DNA of 55,004 nucleotides from a virus (Duplodnaviria; Caudoviricetes): IMG/VR virus record IMGVR_UViG_3300027730_000040, positions 1 to 55,004 of that record; one strand, 5' to 3'. Shown piece by piece: positions 45,880 to 55,004 of this stretch (position 1 is its first letter; each line of letters starts with the position of its first letter). The notes under the pieces were generated by a model. It saw only the letters and a program-made list of their open reading frames with translations, ran no database searches and was not told where the DNA came from. The position numbers and the translations under genes were made by a program.

Positions 45880-46371
45880 ATGACTTGGACACCTAATGGC
45901 AACTTCCTGCTCAATCAGGCGATTGCCGAACGTTCGCTTACGAAGAAACACGACCTCGGAACTGAGGTTGGCTGCAAAGACGAGACCTATGGCGCTGGCA
46001 CTTTTGTCTATCTGAAGGGCGTTGCCTCATGCGCTGTTCGTAACTGGGTGACGATCAACATGGACGACGGGACGGTTACACGTCTTGCCGCCGACGCGAT
46101 TGGCCCGGTGGCTGTCGCCATGTCGTCCATCACGGCCAGCTATTACGGCTGGTTCCAGCGTTCCGGCAAAGCCCTGGCTTCGTGCCTGACGCTTTACGCC
46201 GACAACGCCAAAGTGTGGATCACGAGCACGGCTGGCAGCGTGGATGACACGTCTGTCGCTGGCGACCTCGTGGCGAATGCCAAAGGTGCGGCAACCGCTA
46301 CGGTTGGCAATCTCTATTCTGAGTTTGAGATTGACCGTCCGTTTGTTACCGACCGTCTGTCTGGCTCGTAG
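45880..46371 (+). CDS. Capsid decoration / cement protein
   Basis: 163 aa beta-rich; FVYLKG, YGWFQRSG; after the capsid gene. Confidence 0.7.
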   Translation: MTWTPNGNFLLNQAIAERSLTKKHDLGTEVGCKDETYGAGTFVYLKGVASCAVRNWVTINMDDGTVTRLAADAIGPVAVAMSSITASYYGWFQRSGKALASCLTLYADNAKVWITSTAGSVDDTSVAGDLVANAKGAATATVGNLYSEFEIDRPFVTDRLSGS

Positions 46372-47747
46372 TGAGAGCTAGTGATGGGGGCGCGGGCGTA
46401 TCTGCCCGCGTCCTCTCGGTTTTCCCGCCCCGGATTGCTACGCCTGACGAGACGATGCTTGAGCACGTCCGATCAGCCTTGGGGCGGCACCTTCCACTCC
46501 CTCAACTTTGCCGCCCGCACGGACGCACACTGTCGGTCGCGGGCGGTGGCCCTTCTCTCGGAGATACATGGCGCAACCTCGATGGCGTCATCGTCACCGC
46601 AAATGCAGGTCTGGGCTTCCTGCTCTCCAAGGGAATTACCCCGTGGGCCTGCGGGCTGCTTGATGCACGACCGCACATTGCGGACCTGATCGAGCCGCAT
46701 CCAGGCGTGTTCTATTTCGTGGCGTCTACCTGCCATCCGAGCGTGTTCGACAAGCTGAAGGGCTGCAAGGTCGTCCTCTGGCACCCATCGGGGATGCCGG
46801 GCATTACCGATGTCCTGCCGCCTGACACGGACATGATTGCGGGCGGGACGACAATGGGCATGAGGTGGCTGAACCTCGCTCACTACATGGGTTTCCGGCG
46901 CTTTGAGATGCATGGGCTGGATAGCTCATATCGGGGCGACAAGACGCACGCCTATCCCGACAGCCGCGATGGCAAGGCGGGGACTATTGAGATCAATGGC
47001 TACGTCACCGACAACAATTTCCTGACGCAATGTACGGACTGGTTCACGCTTGAGGAGATGTTCGCGCTGGATGCGGACAAGCCGACCGTGACCTTCCACG
47101 GCGACGGGCTGCTTCAGAGCATGGTTCGGGAACGTTCCAACCTCATTGCCAACTGGCCGCGCAGGCCCGCCACGAAGGCGCTGAACGTGATCTGCGTGGC
47201 GACGGGAGACTACCTAGGCCGGGGCGAGGATTACGTCTCTAGGCTCCTCTCAGGCGTGGCGAAGAACTACAAGGGCGAGGCCAAGTTCCATGTCCTGCGT
47301 GAAGGCCCTGCCTCGTGGTGGGCCAAGCTTCAGATGTTCGAGCCTAATCGGTTTCCGAAGGGCGAGCGCTGCGTCTACTTCGATCTGGACACGGTCATCA
47401 CCGGGGATCTGACCGACCTCATGAAATACGATGGCCCGTTCGCTGGCCTGCGTGACGTGTGGCAACCGGGGCAACTTAACTCGTCCATCATGTCATGGAC
47501 GGCGGGCGAGGCTGATCACGTCTGGAAGGCGTGGGTTGAGGCGGGCAAGCCGACTGACGACTATCGCGGCGATCAGGCGTGGATCACTCAGCACATGCCG
47601 ATGGCGATGCGGTTGCAGGACTTGCTGCCGGGCCAGTTCGGTAGCTGGAAGGCCAATTTCGGAATGAACGCCGACAACATCCCGCACGACACCCGTGCGG
47701 TCTTCTTTCACGGTCAGCCAAGGCCGCATGAAACGTCACTCTGGTAG
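46371..47747 (+). CDS. Two-domain glycosyltransferase-like protein (Maf/DUF115-like + GT8-like)
   Basis: VAGGGPSL, GGTT, MGFRRFEMHGLDSS; then WWAKLQMF, YFDLD (DxD), NSSIM, GDQAWI, FHGQPRP. Confidence 0.8.
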   Translation: MRASDGGAGVSARVLSVFPPRIATPDETMLEHVRSALGRHLPLPQLCRPHGRTLSVAGGGPSLGDTWRNLDGVIVTANAGLGFLLSKGITPWACGLLDARPHIADLIEPHPGVFYFVASTCHPSVFDKLKGCKVVLWHPSGMPGITDVLPPDTDMIAGGTTMGMRWLNLAHYMGFRRFEMHGLDSSYRGDKTHAYPDSRDGKAGTIEINGYVTDNNFLTQCTDWFTLEEMFALDADKPTVTFHGDGLLQSMVRERSNLIANWPRRPATKALNVICVATGDYLGRGEDYVSRLLSGVAKNYKGEAKFHVLREGPASWWAKLQMFEPNRFPKGERCVYFDLDTVITGDLTDLMKYDGPFAGLRDVWQPGQLNSSIMSWTAGEADHVWKAWVEAGKPTDDYRGDQAWITQHMPMAMRLQDLLPGQFGSWKANFGMNADNIPHDTRAVFFHGQPRPHETSLW

Positions 47748-47778
47748 TCAATTCACAGTCCCTCAGACGGAGAGCTAA

Positions 47779-48573
47779 ATGTCCATGAACATCGAACAAG
47801 CTGGCGGCATCATCCACACGCAGGCTGTCGTTCACTTCTACAACGGCGTTCAGATCAACGATGGCAAGACCGCTGCGGCTGGTCGGCCTATCTATGACGA
47901 TGTCGAGATGATCCGCATTCAGTGGGCGGGCAACACCAAGTCCGAACTGCACGCGCCGGCCTCTGATCGCTCTGATCGTCCGCTGACGAACCCCGAAGAC
48001 CAGTCTCGCTACTGGCCAAAGTGGAAGGACCACCCGGATTTCAAGGCTGCTTACGATGCATTCAAGGCAGGCAAGGAGCATGTCGTCAACGGCACGCCGA
48101 TCAGTGAGCTTCCGTTCCTCACCGATGCTCGCAGGTTAGAACTCAAGGCGATCAACATCCTGACGGCTGAACAGCTCGCTGCGGTGGACATCAACACCAA
48201 GCTGGGCCGCGACCTTGTCAACATTCGCAAGCAGGCGGCGCTCTACCTCGAACGCGCTTCTGGCGCTGCGGTAGATGCAAAGCACGAGATGGAAAAGGCC
48301 GCGATGCAGACGCAGGTCGATGAACTGAAGGCGCAGATGTCTCAACTTTTGGCGGCGACATCGGGCAAGTCTCCTGTTGCAGCCAAGAAGGCAGCGGCGC
48401 CGGAGACGGTTTCGCCCTTCTCTGGCTGGGCAGACGAGGATATCCGCAACTGGATGCGCGATGCTGATCCTGGCGCACCGGAGCCCCATCACAAGCTGGG
48501 AAATGCCAAGCTGATCGCGCTTGCGGACGAAATGAATGCACGCATCAAAGCTCAGTCGATGGAAGCGGCCTGA
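47779..48573 (+). CDS. Hypothetical morphogenesis-region protein
   Basis: 264 aa; GTPISELPFL..ELKAINILTAEQLA. Confidence 0.7.
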   Translation: MSMNIEQAGGIIHTQAVVHFYNGVQINDGKTAAAGRPIYDDVEMIRIQWAGNTKSELHAPASDRSDRPLTNPEDQSRYWPKWKDHPDFKAAYDAFKAGKEHVVNGTPISELPFLTDARRLELKAINILTAEQLAAVDINTKLGRDLVNIRKQAALYLERASGAAVDAKHEMEKAAMQTQVDELKAQMSQLLAATSGKSPVAAKKAAAPETVSPFSGWADEDIRNWMRDADPGAPEPHHKLGNAKLIALADEMNARIKAQSMEAA

Positions 48574-48576
48574 TAG

Positions 48577-49278
48577 ATGACGGTCCTGTCAGCGATCCAA
48601 TATGCATGTAGCTTTATCGGGGTATCTGTCCCTGATGCAGTCATGGCATCGACCGTGCGTGAGCATGTCGAGCTGAAGGCGATAACCAACGATGTCGCTA
48701 ACATGATCTCTAAGGCTCATGCGTGGCAGTTGCTGAAAACCCTTGCAACGCTGACAGGCGATGGAACGACGGAAGATTTCAATCTCCCGTCTGACTATGA
48801 CTGGATGCCGGATACGAACGACATCTGGTCATCGGACAACGACCGTCCGCTTGCCAAGGTTGTGGATGAGAACGTCTGGCTCTCGCACATCGAGCGTGAG
48901 TTTGATCCGGTTCCGGGCGAATGGATCATCTACGGCGGGCAGTTGCACATTCGCAAAGCGCCAGCCTCTGCCATCACTTGCCGGTATTTCTACCAGTCCA
49001 ATCTCTATGTTGATCCGGCAGCGGGTGCGAACACGACGATATTCGCAACTGACACGGACAATTTCCGGCTGGATGAAAGGCTGTTGAAGCTTGGCATCAT
49101 CTACCGCTGGAAGCAGGCCAAGGGTCAGCCTTATGCGCAGGAACTGGACGACTACGAAGTCCTGAAAGAGAAGCTGATCTCCCGCGACAAGGGCGCGACC
49201 ATTCTGGTTCAGGGTACTGCAAGAGGGGTGCGCGGCATTACCTATGCGTATCCTGGCAGATTACCGGGCGGCACATGA
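48577..49278 (+). CDS. Head-tail adaptor / tail tubular protein A
   Basis: Position; HAWQLL, NLPSDY, IIYRWKQAKG. Confidence 0.7.
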   Translation: MTVLSAIQYACSFIGVSVPDAVMASTVREHVELKAITNDVANMISKAHAWQLLKTLATLTGDGTTEDFNLPSDYDWMPDTNDIWSSDNDRPLAKVVDENVWLSHIEREFDPVPGEWIIYGGQLHIRKAPASAITCRYFYQSNLYVDPAAGANTTIFATDTDNFRLDERLLKLGIIYRWKQAKGQPYAQELDDYEVLKEKLISRDKGATILVQGTARGVRGITYAYPGRLPGGT

Positions 49279-50858
49279 GACGAGCCTTCCGCAGACAGGC
49301 AGCGCCCCCGCGCGCACAGACGCGGATGCAGATGCAGGCGTTCCGCTCGCCAACCAAGGGGTGGGTTACCAACACCAACCTCGCGGGCAATCTGCAAGGC
49401 GCGGCCATTGTCCTTGACAACTGGATACCGACGCAATCAGGCATCACGGTTCGCGGTGGGTATCAGGAATACGCAGACGTTGGTTCGGACACGGTCCTCA
49501 GCCTGTTCACTTACAGGATTAGCGGCGTCTCAAAGCTGTTCGCATCGGACGCCTCGAAAATCTACGACATAACTTCGACGCCCTCGACCGGCGTGACGGG
49601 TCAGACGAGCGGATACTACTCGGTCCAGCAGATGGAGACGGGCGGCGGAAATTATATGTACGCCGTCAACGGAACCGACAGCGCGCGGCTTTATGACGGA
49701 TCGACGTGGACGGCCATCACAGGCATCTCGACCCCGGCCATCACGGGTGTCACGACCTCCACGCTGAGCGCTGTCTGGGCCTTCAAGAACCGGCTGTATT
49801 TCGTCCAGACCGGCACGATGGTCGCGTGGTATCTTGGCATCGACTCGATTGGCGGTGCTGCCAATGACATGACGCTGCGCGGTGTTTTCCAGCGCGGCGG
49901 ATCTCTGTTGTTCGGTGCTACGTGGTCAACCGATGCGGGCGACGGCATTGACGACTACTGCGTGTTTGTGTCCGACAAGGGCGAGGTTGCGGTCTATTCG
50001 GGCGATGATCCGAGTGCATCGAACTGGTCGCTCAATGGTCGCTATGATATTGGCGGCGTCCCTCTCGGCAAGAATGCGTTCACACGTTCAGGCGGCGACC
50101 TTATCATTGCCTCGACGGATGGCCTTGTACCGCTAAGTGCAGTGCTTCAGAAGGATGCCATAGCGCTGTCCTTGGCGGCGGTGTCGTTGCCGATTGAGAA
50201 AGACTGGCACGACGAGGCTCTGGCTCGCATCACACTGCCTTGGGAAATCGAGCGCTGGCCGCAGAAGAACATGGCTGTCATCACCAACCCGGTTGTTGAC
50301 AGCACGACTGCTGCGCAGTGCTTTATTGTCAACCTTGAGACGGGCGCGTGGGCGAGATGGACGGGCATTGCAGCCCGTTGCTTCGCCAACCACAACGAGA
50401 CCATCTACTTCGGCTCGACTGCGGGCAAGGTCTTCATCATGCAGTCCGAGGGCAATGACGACGGCGCGGTCTATACTGCCAAGGTCGCATGGCATTTTGC
50501 GGACATGGGAGCGCCTGGAGCCTTCAAGACGGCGATGCAGGCAAGGGCGGTGTTCCGTTCGTCCGTGCCGTTCACCCCGCAGCTATCGTGCAGCGTTGAT
50601 TACGGCCAGTCATTCCCCAGCCCTCCGTCGAGCGTTTCGGACACGACCGTATCGACGTGGGATAGCGGCCTCTGGGATACGGTCTTGTGGGATGGATCGA
50701 CTGAAGCAACCACCACGACGACGCGCTGGGTCAGCGTCAACGGTGCGGGTTCGTCTCATGCCCCACAGGTGCAGATCACATGCGGGACAACGCCCGTTCC
50801 TGATGCTGAGCTGATGGTGATGCATCTGACGTACAATACTGGCGACGTAGTGGTCTAG
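49275..50858 (+). CDS. Tail nozzle / tubular protein B (beta-propeller)
   Basis: 527 aa beta-rich; FKNRLYF; follows the adaptor. Confidence 0.72.
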   Translation: MRRAFRRQAAPPRAQTRMQMQAFRSPTKGWVTNTNLAGNLQGAAIVLDNWIPTQSGITVRGGYQEYADVGSDTVLSLFTYRISGVSKLFASDASKIYDITSTPSTGVTGQTSGYYSVQQMETGGGNYMYAVNGTDSARLYDGSTWTAITGISTPAITGVTTSTLSAVWAFKNRLYFVQTGTMVAWYLGIDSIGGAANDMTLRGVFQRGGSLLFGATWSTDAGDGIDDYCVFVSDKGEVAVYSGDDPSASNWSLNGRYDIGGVPLGKNAFTRSGGDLIIASTDGLVPLSAVLQKDAIALSLAAVSLPIEKDWHDEALARITLPWEIERWPQKNMAVITNPVVDSTTAAQCFIVNLETGAWARWTGIAARCFANHNETIYFGSTAGKVFIMQSEGNDDGAVYTAKVAWHFADMGAPGAFKTAMQARAVFRSSVPFTPQLSCSVDYGQSFPSPPSSVSDTTVSTWDSGLWDTVLWDGSTEATTTTTRWVSVNGAGSSHAPQVQITCGTTPVPDAELMVMHLTYNTGDVVV

Positions 50859-51283
50859 TGCAGCTTCTTTACGACCACGATGCGGATGTGGAGAGGTTTG
50901 TCTCCGCGCTCGTTCCCAATTGCCCGCAAGGTTTTGGCGCTGCTCGCTGCGTCGGTGTCATCGATGGTGATGGCCGGCTGGTTGCGGGTTGGGCGTGGCA
51001 CGAGTGGAATCCTTACGCTGGGACGATTGAGTTCTCTGGCGCATCGATCACGCCCAAGTGGATGACACGTCAGATACTGCACGAATTGTTCGCCTACGCC
51101 TTCGATGGCATCGGTTGCCAGATGATCGTGACGCGCAACAGCGAACACAACACGCGGCTGCATCGGCAGCTCAAGCGCTACGGATTTGACCGGATCGACA
51201 TCCCGCGCCTTTTTGGTCGGAACGAGAACGGTGTTGTTTGGACGTTGACCCGCGAACAGTGGGAAGGATCAGACTTTGAGTAA
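50858..51283 (+). CDS. GNAT-family acetyltransferase-like virion assembly protein
   Basis: 141 aa; FAYAF..GC..N..LKRYGF; usual position before ejection genes. Confidence 0.72.
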   Translation: MQLLYDHDADVERFVSALVPNCPQGFGAARCVGVIDGDGRLVAGWAWHEWNPYAGTIEFSGASITPKWMTRQILHELFAYAFDGIGCQMIVTRNSEHNTRLHRQLKRYGFDRIDIPRLFGRNENGVVWTLTREQWEGSDFE

Positions 51284-54200
51284 GCCAAGCGCGCCTACGC
51301 CGCCGAGTCCAAGTGAAGTTGCCAGAGCCCAGACCGGCCAATCAGTTGGCACGGCTGTGGCAAACACGGCCCTTGGCCAAGTCAACCAGGTCGGCCCCGA
51401 TGGCTCGCTGACCTACAGCCAGACCGGCTCGTATGGCTGGACCGATCCGAACAGCGGGCAGTATTACGACCTCCCGCAATACACGGCGACCACGACCCTG
51501 TCGCCGCAAGCGCAGGCGCTGCGTGATGCCAACTATCGCGGTAACCTGACGCTTGCCAATCTTGGTGCGGATCAGGCGCAGCGTGCGGGCGATCTGTTGT
51601 CGCGTCCGATGGACACGGGCAACATCACATCGTGGTCGGATCGCAGTTCGTTGCAGCCGAGCCAGTATGGCGGCGACCTCGAAGGACCGCAGTTCGAGAA
51701 CATCGGAAATCTTCCGCAGTACGATCAAGTCGGCGGTGGCCCGTCTTATGACCGCGTTGGCCAAGGCGGCGGCTATCAGGACGTAGGCGGCTCGCTGCAA
51801 TCCGAGCGGATGGGTGCGGGGCAGGACTATTCGGGCGCTGGAACGATGCGTGGCTACGCTGACGCTGGTTCTGGCGCAAACTATCAAAGCATGGGCGCAG
51901 CGCAGGGCTACAGCGGCGCTGGCACGATGCGCGGATATTCCGATGCTGGCCCCGGCGCGAATTACCAGAGCATGGGCGCGGGGCGTGACTATCAGCTATC
52001 GGCAGATCGTCAGGGCTATTCCGACATCGGCGGCGGGCCGAGCTATGGCCGGACGGGAGAGGGCGGGACTTACGAGCGCATTGGCGGGCAGCGTGGCTAC
52101 AGCGATGTTGGCGGCGGGCCTGCATTTGAACGCATGGGGCAGCAGCAGGGCTATTCTGATATCAGTGCTGGGCCAAGCTATAATCGCGCAAACGCAATTG
52201 CAAACTATGACCGCGTGCGTGACTCTGCGCAGTATGCCGACATTGGGGGTGCGCCAAACTATCAGGGCATCCAGGCTGGCTCTGGTGGATCCTACACAGA
52301 CATCGGCGCTGGTCCGTCCTACGCGCGTCAAAGCGGCAATGCTGGCCTCCAGACTGGCTACGATGTCGGGGATTCGAGACGCTACGAGGATGCCCTCATG
52401 GCGAGGCTCAATCCTGAGCTTGATCGCCAGCGCAACCTGCTTGAGACCAACCTTGCCAACCGTGGCATTCGGGAGGGTACGGGCCGCGACCGCGCGCTCG
52501 ACGAGAACAGCCGGATGGCCAACGATGCGCGCATCGCGGCTATCCTGAACGCAGGGCAGGAGCAGTCACGCATTACCGGGCTCAACCGCGATGCAGCAGC
52601 GTTTGGAAACTCCGCGCGTCAGCAGACCTTCGACAATGCGAACAACCAGCTTGGCTTCAACAACCAGCTTGCTGGGCAGGAACGTGCGGACCAGTTCAGC
52701 GCGGCACAGTTCAACAACCAGAATGTGGGCTTGAGAGCGGGCGAGGCGCGTGATGTCGCCAGCTTCAACAACCAGATTGCCTCGCAGGGATTGCAGGACC
52801 GCACCCAGATTGCCGGGTTCAACAACCAGAACAGTGCGCGTCGGATTTCTGATGCTCTTGCCACGACTGGCTTCAACAATCAGGCGGCTAGTGCAGACAG
52901 GGCGGATCAACTCAACGTCCTAGGCATGAACAACCAACTGATGGGGCAGGAGCGAGCAGATCAGGTCTCGACAGCCCAGTTCAACAATCAGCTATCCAGT
53001 CAGCGGAATGCTGATCAAGCTGCTCGTCTTGCCATGAACAACCAGTACGCAGGGCAGGAATACGCTAATCAGCTATCTGCGGCAGACTTCAACAACCAGA
53101 ACGCTGCTCGCGCAAATGCGGATCAGCTTGCAGCAGCCGGGTTCAACAATCAGGCGATGGGCGCGCAGGACGCAGCCCAACTTGCGCGTCTGAGCATGAA
53201 CAATCAGGCGCTTGGACTGGAGCGAGCCGATCAGGTTTCGACGGCAGACTTCAACAACCGCAACCGTGCAATGTCCAACTCTGAAGCTCTGGCAGCGGCA
53301 GGTTTTTACAATCAGGCTGCTGGCCAGCAGAACGCCGATCAGTTCCAGCGCGCCAGTTACAACAACCAACTTGCGAGCCAGACCGCAGCCGAACAAATGG
53401 CGCGCACGGAATTGGCCAACCAAAATGCTGCTCGCAGTAACGCAGACCAGCTTGCTGCGGTTGGCTTCAACAACAATACGATTCAGGCAAGCAACGCTGA
53501 CCAGTTCCAGCGTGGCAGCTACAATAACCAGTTGGCCAGCCAGATGGCGGCAGAACAACTAGCGCGCACCGACTTCAATAATCAGAACGCAATGCGTGGC
53601 AATGCCGATCAGCTTGCTGCTGTCGGTTTCAACAACAATGTCATCGGACAGCGGAACGCCGACCAGTTTCAGCGGACGGCCTACAACAACCAGCAGAACG
53701 CAGCGGCTCGTGCTGACCAGTTTGCGTCTGCGGACTTCGCCAACCAGAACCGTGCGCGGTCGATTGCGGATATCCTGGCGTCGGCAGGCTTCAACAATCA
53801 GGCGAGCGCGGCAGAGTGGGCCAATCAGGTTCAGCGCACGGGGATGAACAACGACCTTCGCAGTCAGGACTTGGCCAACAGGACCAACGCTGCGGGGTTC
53901 AACAACGCCAACCGCTCGCAGACCTACGCGAACCAGCAGGGCGAACGTGCTCGCAACGACACCCTTGCCAACAACCGCTATGCGCAGATCACGAACATGC
54001 TCGATGCGCAGGACCGTCAGCGCGGTGCTCAACTTCAGGAGCAGATGGCACTTCGCAACCAGCCGCTCAACGAGATTGCGGCGCTGCTCTCAGGCTCTCA
54101 GGTTCAGACGCCAAACTTTGCCATCTCGCAGCCTGACCGGATGCAGACGACCGACATCGCGGGCATCACGCAGCAGGGCTTCCAGAACCAGCAGGCGAAC

Positions 54201-54311
54201 TACGCGCAGAAGATGGCGCAGTATAACGCCATGATCGGCGCTGTGGGTGGCTTGGGCAGCGCGGCTATTATGGGCTGGTCTCCAGGCGGAGCGCATCCTC
54301 CGGGCGGTTAA
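51276..54311 (+). CDS. First DNA ejection protein with two large repeat arrays
   Basis: MSKPSAPTPP start, VNQVGPDGSLTY; after GNAT; C-terminal Gly-rich hydrophobic segment. Confidence 0.72.
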   Translation: MSKPSAPTPPSPSEVARAQTGQSVGTAVANTALGQVNQVGPDGSLTYSQTGSYGWTDPNSGQYYDLPQYTATTTLSPQAQALRDANYRGNLTLANLGADQAQRAGDLLSRPMDTGNITSWSDRSSLQPSQYGGDLEGPQFENIGNLPQYDQVGGGPSYDRVGQGGGYQDVGGSLQSERMGAGQDYSGAGTMRGYADAGSGANYQSMGAAQGYSGAGTMRGYSDAGPGANYQSMGAGRDYQLSADRQGYSDIGGGPSYGRTGEGGTYERIGGQRGYSDVGGGPAFERMGQQQGYSDISAGPSYNRANAIANYDRVRDSAQYADIGGAPNYQGIQAGSGGSYTDIGAGPSYARQSGNAGLQTGYDVGDSRRYEDALMARLNPELDRQRNLLETNLANRGIREGTGRDRALDENSRMANDARIAAILNAGQEQSRITGLNRDAAAFGNSARQQTFDNANNQLGFNNQLAGQERADQFSAAQFNNQNVGLRAGEARDVASFNNQIASQGLQDRTQIAGFNNQNSARRISDALATTGFNNQAASADRADQLNVLGMNNQLMGQERADQVSTAQFNNQLSSQRNADQAARLAMNNQYAGQEYANQLSAADFNNQNAARANADQLAAAGFNNQAMGAQDAAQLARLSMNNQALGLERADQVSTADFNNRNRAMSNSEALAAAGFYNQAAGQQNADQFQRASYNNQLASQTAAEQMARTELANQNAARSNADQLAAVGFNNNTIQASNADQFQRGSYNNQLASQMAAEQLARTDFNNQNAMRGNADQLAAVGFNNNVIGQRNADQFQRTAYNNQQNAAARADQFASADFANQNRARSIADILASAGFNNQASAAEWANQVQRTGMNNDLRSQDLANRTNAAGFNNANRSQTYANQQGERARNDTLANNRYAQITNMLDAQDRQRGAQLQEQMALRNQPLNEIAALLSGSQVQTPNFAISQPDRMQTTDIAGITQQGFQNQQANYAQKMAQYNAMIGAVGGLGSAAIMGWSPGGAHPPGG
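51669..52322 (+). repeat. 24 units of a 9-aa (27-bp) Gly/Tyr repeat (one unit is 11 aa)
   Basis: Aromatic residue every ninth position, e.g. SDIGGGPSY. Confidence 0.9.
52602..53951 (+). repeat. 25 units of an 18-aa (54-bp) FNNQ repeat
   Basis: (F/M/Y)NNQ-type motif exactly every 18 residues, no indels. Confidence 0.92.
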
Positions 54312-54379
54312 GATTTCGTACAGATATAAGCGAGACGGCCGCCGCCTGCGGAAATGTCCACTTGGCGAGGGTATGAGAC

Positions 54380-55004
54380 ATGCCTAGCAGGCACCTGCCG
54401 AAAAATGAACGGATCAAGCGGGCCTACCTCAGCTATTTTGAGGAAGCCCAAGGCAAGACGAAGGGCAGCGCAAACGCAGTCGCTGCCGCAATCGCAGACT
54501 TTGAGGCGACGACCAAGTGGAGGGACTTCGCTCTCTTCCACGTCGAGCAGGCGCGGCGGTACAAGCGCGCCCTTGAAGAGCGGACGAACGAGAAGACGGG
54601 ACAACCGCTATCAAAATCAACGATTAAGTCACGACTGAAGGCGCTGCGCGCGTTCTTTGCTTGGCTCGCCGAACAGCCGGGATACAAGGCGCGGATCAAG
54701 CGCACGGATTGCGACTATTTCAACCTGACAGACAACGATGCCCGGATCGCGACGGCGCGACGGGAGAGACCGGCGCCGGATGTTGAGCTGGTGCGCGGCC
54801 TAGTCCAGCGCATGCCTGGCGAAACGGACGTTCGAAAGCGCGACCGGGCGCTGATCGCCTTCGCTCTCCTGTCCGGGGCGCGGGATGACGCCATCGCCTC
54901 GCTCAACATCGGCCATATCAATCTGGAGCGTAGGACCGTGTTCCAAGACGCGCGCATGGTCCGGACGAAGAACCGGAAGACGTTCACGTCAGGGTTCTTC
55001 CCGG
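54380..55004 (+). CDS. Island integrase paralogue (copy 2), 3' truncated by the window end
   Basis: MPSRHLPKNERIKRAYLSY... collinear with 287-911; shared upstream 17-mer gcctgcggaaatgtcca (252-268 and 54344-54360). Confidence 0.9.
   Translation, partial: MPSRHLPKNERIKRAYLSYFEEAQGKTKGSANAVAAAIADFEATTKWRDFALFHVEQARRYKRALEERTNEKTGQPLSKSTIKSRLKALRAFFAWLAEQPGYKARIKRTDCDYFNLTDNDARIATARRERPAPDVELVRGLVQRMPGETDVRKRDRALIAFALLSGARDDAIASLNIGHINLERRTVFQDARMVRTKNRKTFTSGFFP

Larger units (their letters stand above)
6570..54311. mobile_element. Temperate podovirus-like phage genome, circularly permuted, attP intact
   Basis: Full set of modules: packaging, head, short tail, ejection, lysis, integration, recombination, replication; no tape-measure or sheath genes. 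Confidence 0.92.

Noticed and set aside
51669-53951. CRISPR array
   Set aside because: Repeats are degenerate, in frame and conserved at protein level; no spacers or cas genes
54878-55004. 127-bp repeat as a biological att core or phage terminal repeat
   Set aside because: Ends exactly at the sequence end and equals a common assembler k-mer; the true extent of identity is unknown

Overview
The window is mostly a near-complete, circularly permuted, temperate short-tailed (podovirus-like) phage of about 47.7 kb (~6570-54311). The host is probably alphaproteobacterial, inferred from GcrA-, CtrA- and DnaA-like genes and high GC. Gene order: ejection proteins, tail fibre, lysis cluster, MTase, attP, integrase/Xis, early-left genes (HNH, ERF), Cro-like gene, replication, RusA, NusG-like antiterminator, terminase, portal, scaffold, capsid, a two-domain glycosyltransferase, tail tube proteins, and a first ejection protein. 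The phage's own attP (5' half of tRNA-Leu(TAG) plus arm-like repeats) is intact in mid-window. The genome is instead opened inside the ejection-gene operon by a ~6 kb island: tyrosine integrase, Type III R-M mod/res and a HEPN-motif gene. A paralogous integrase starts at the far end, and its last 127 bp are identical to 785-911, which looks like an assembly k-mer loop and may indicate a 54,093-bp circle. Most unusual features: (1) a lid-less Hsp70 translationally coupled between a peptidoglycan-binding membrane protein and a membrane-anchored endolysin; (2) an ejection protein with 9-aa and 18-aa repeat arrays whose unit types match one-to-one in mirror order; (3) a Maf-like/GT8-like fusion in the head operon; (4) three host cell-cycle-regulator-like domains and no visible CI repressor; (5) several microhomology-type insertions. 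All family calls come from motif recognition by eye, with no database searches.
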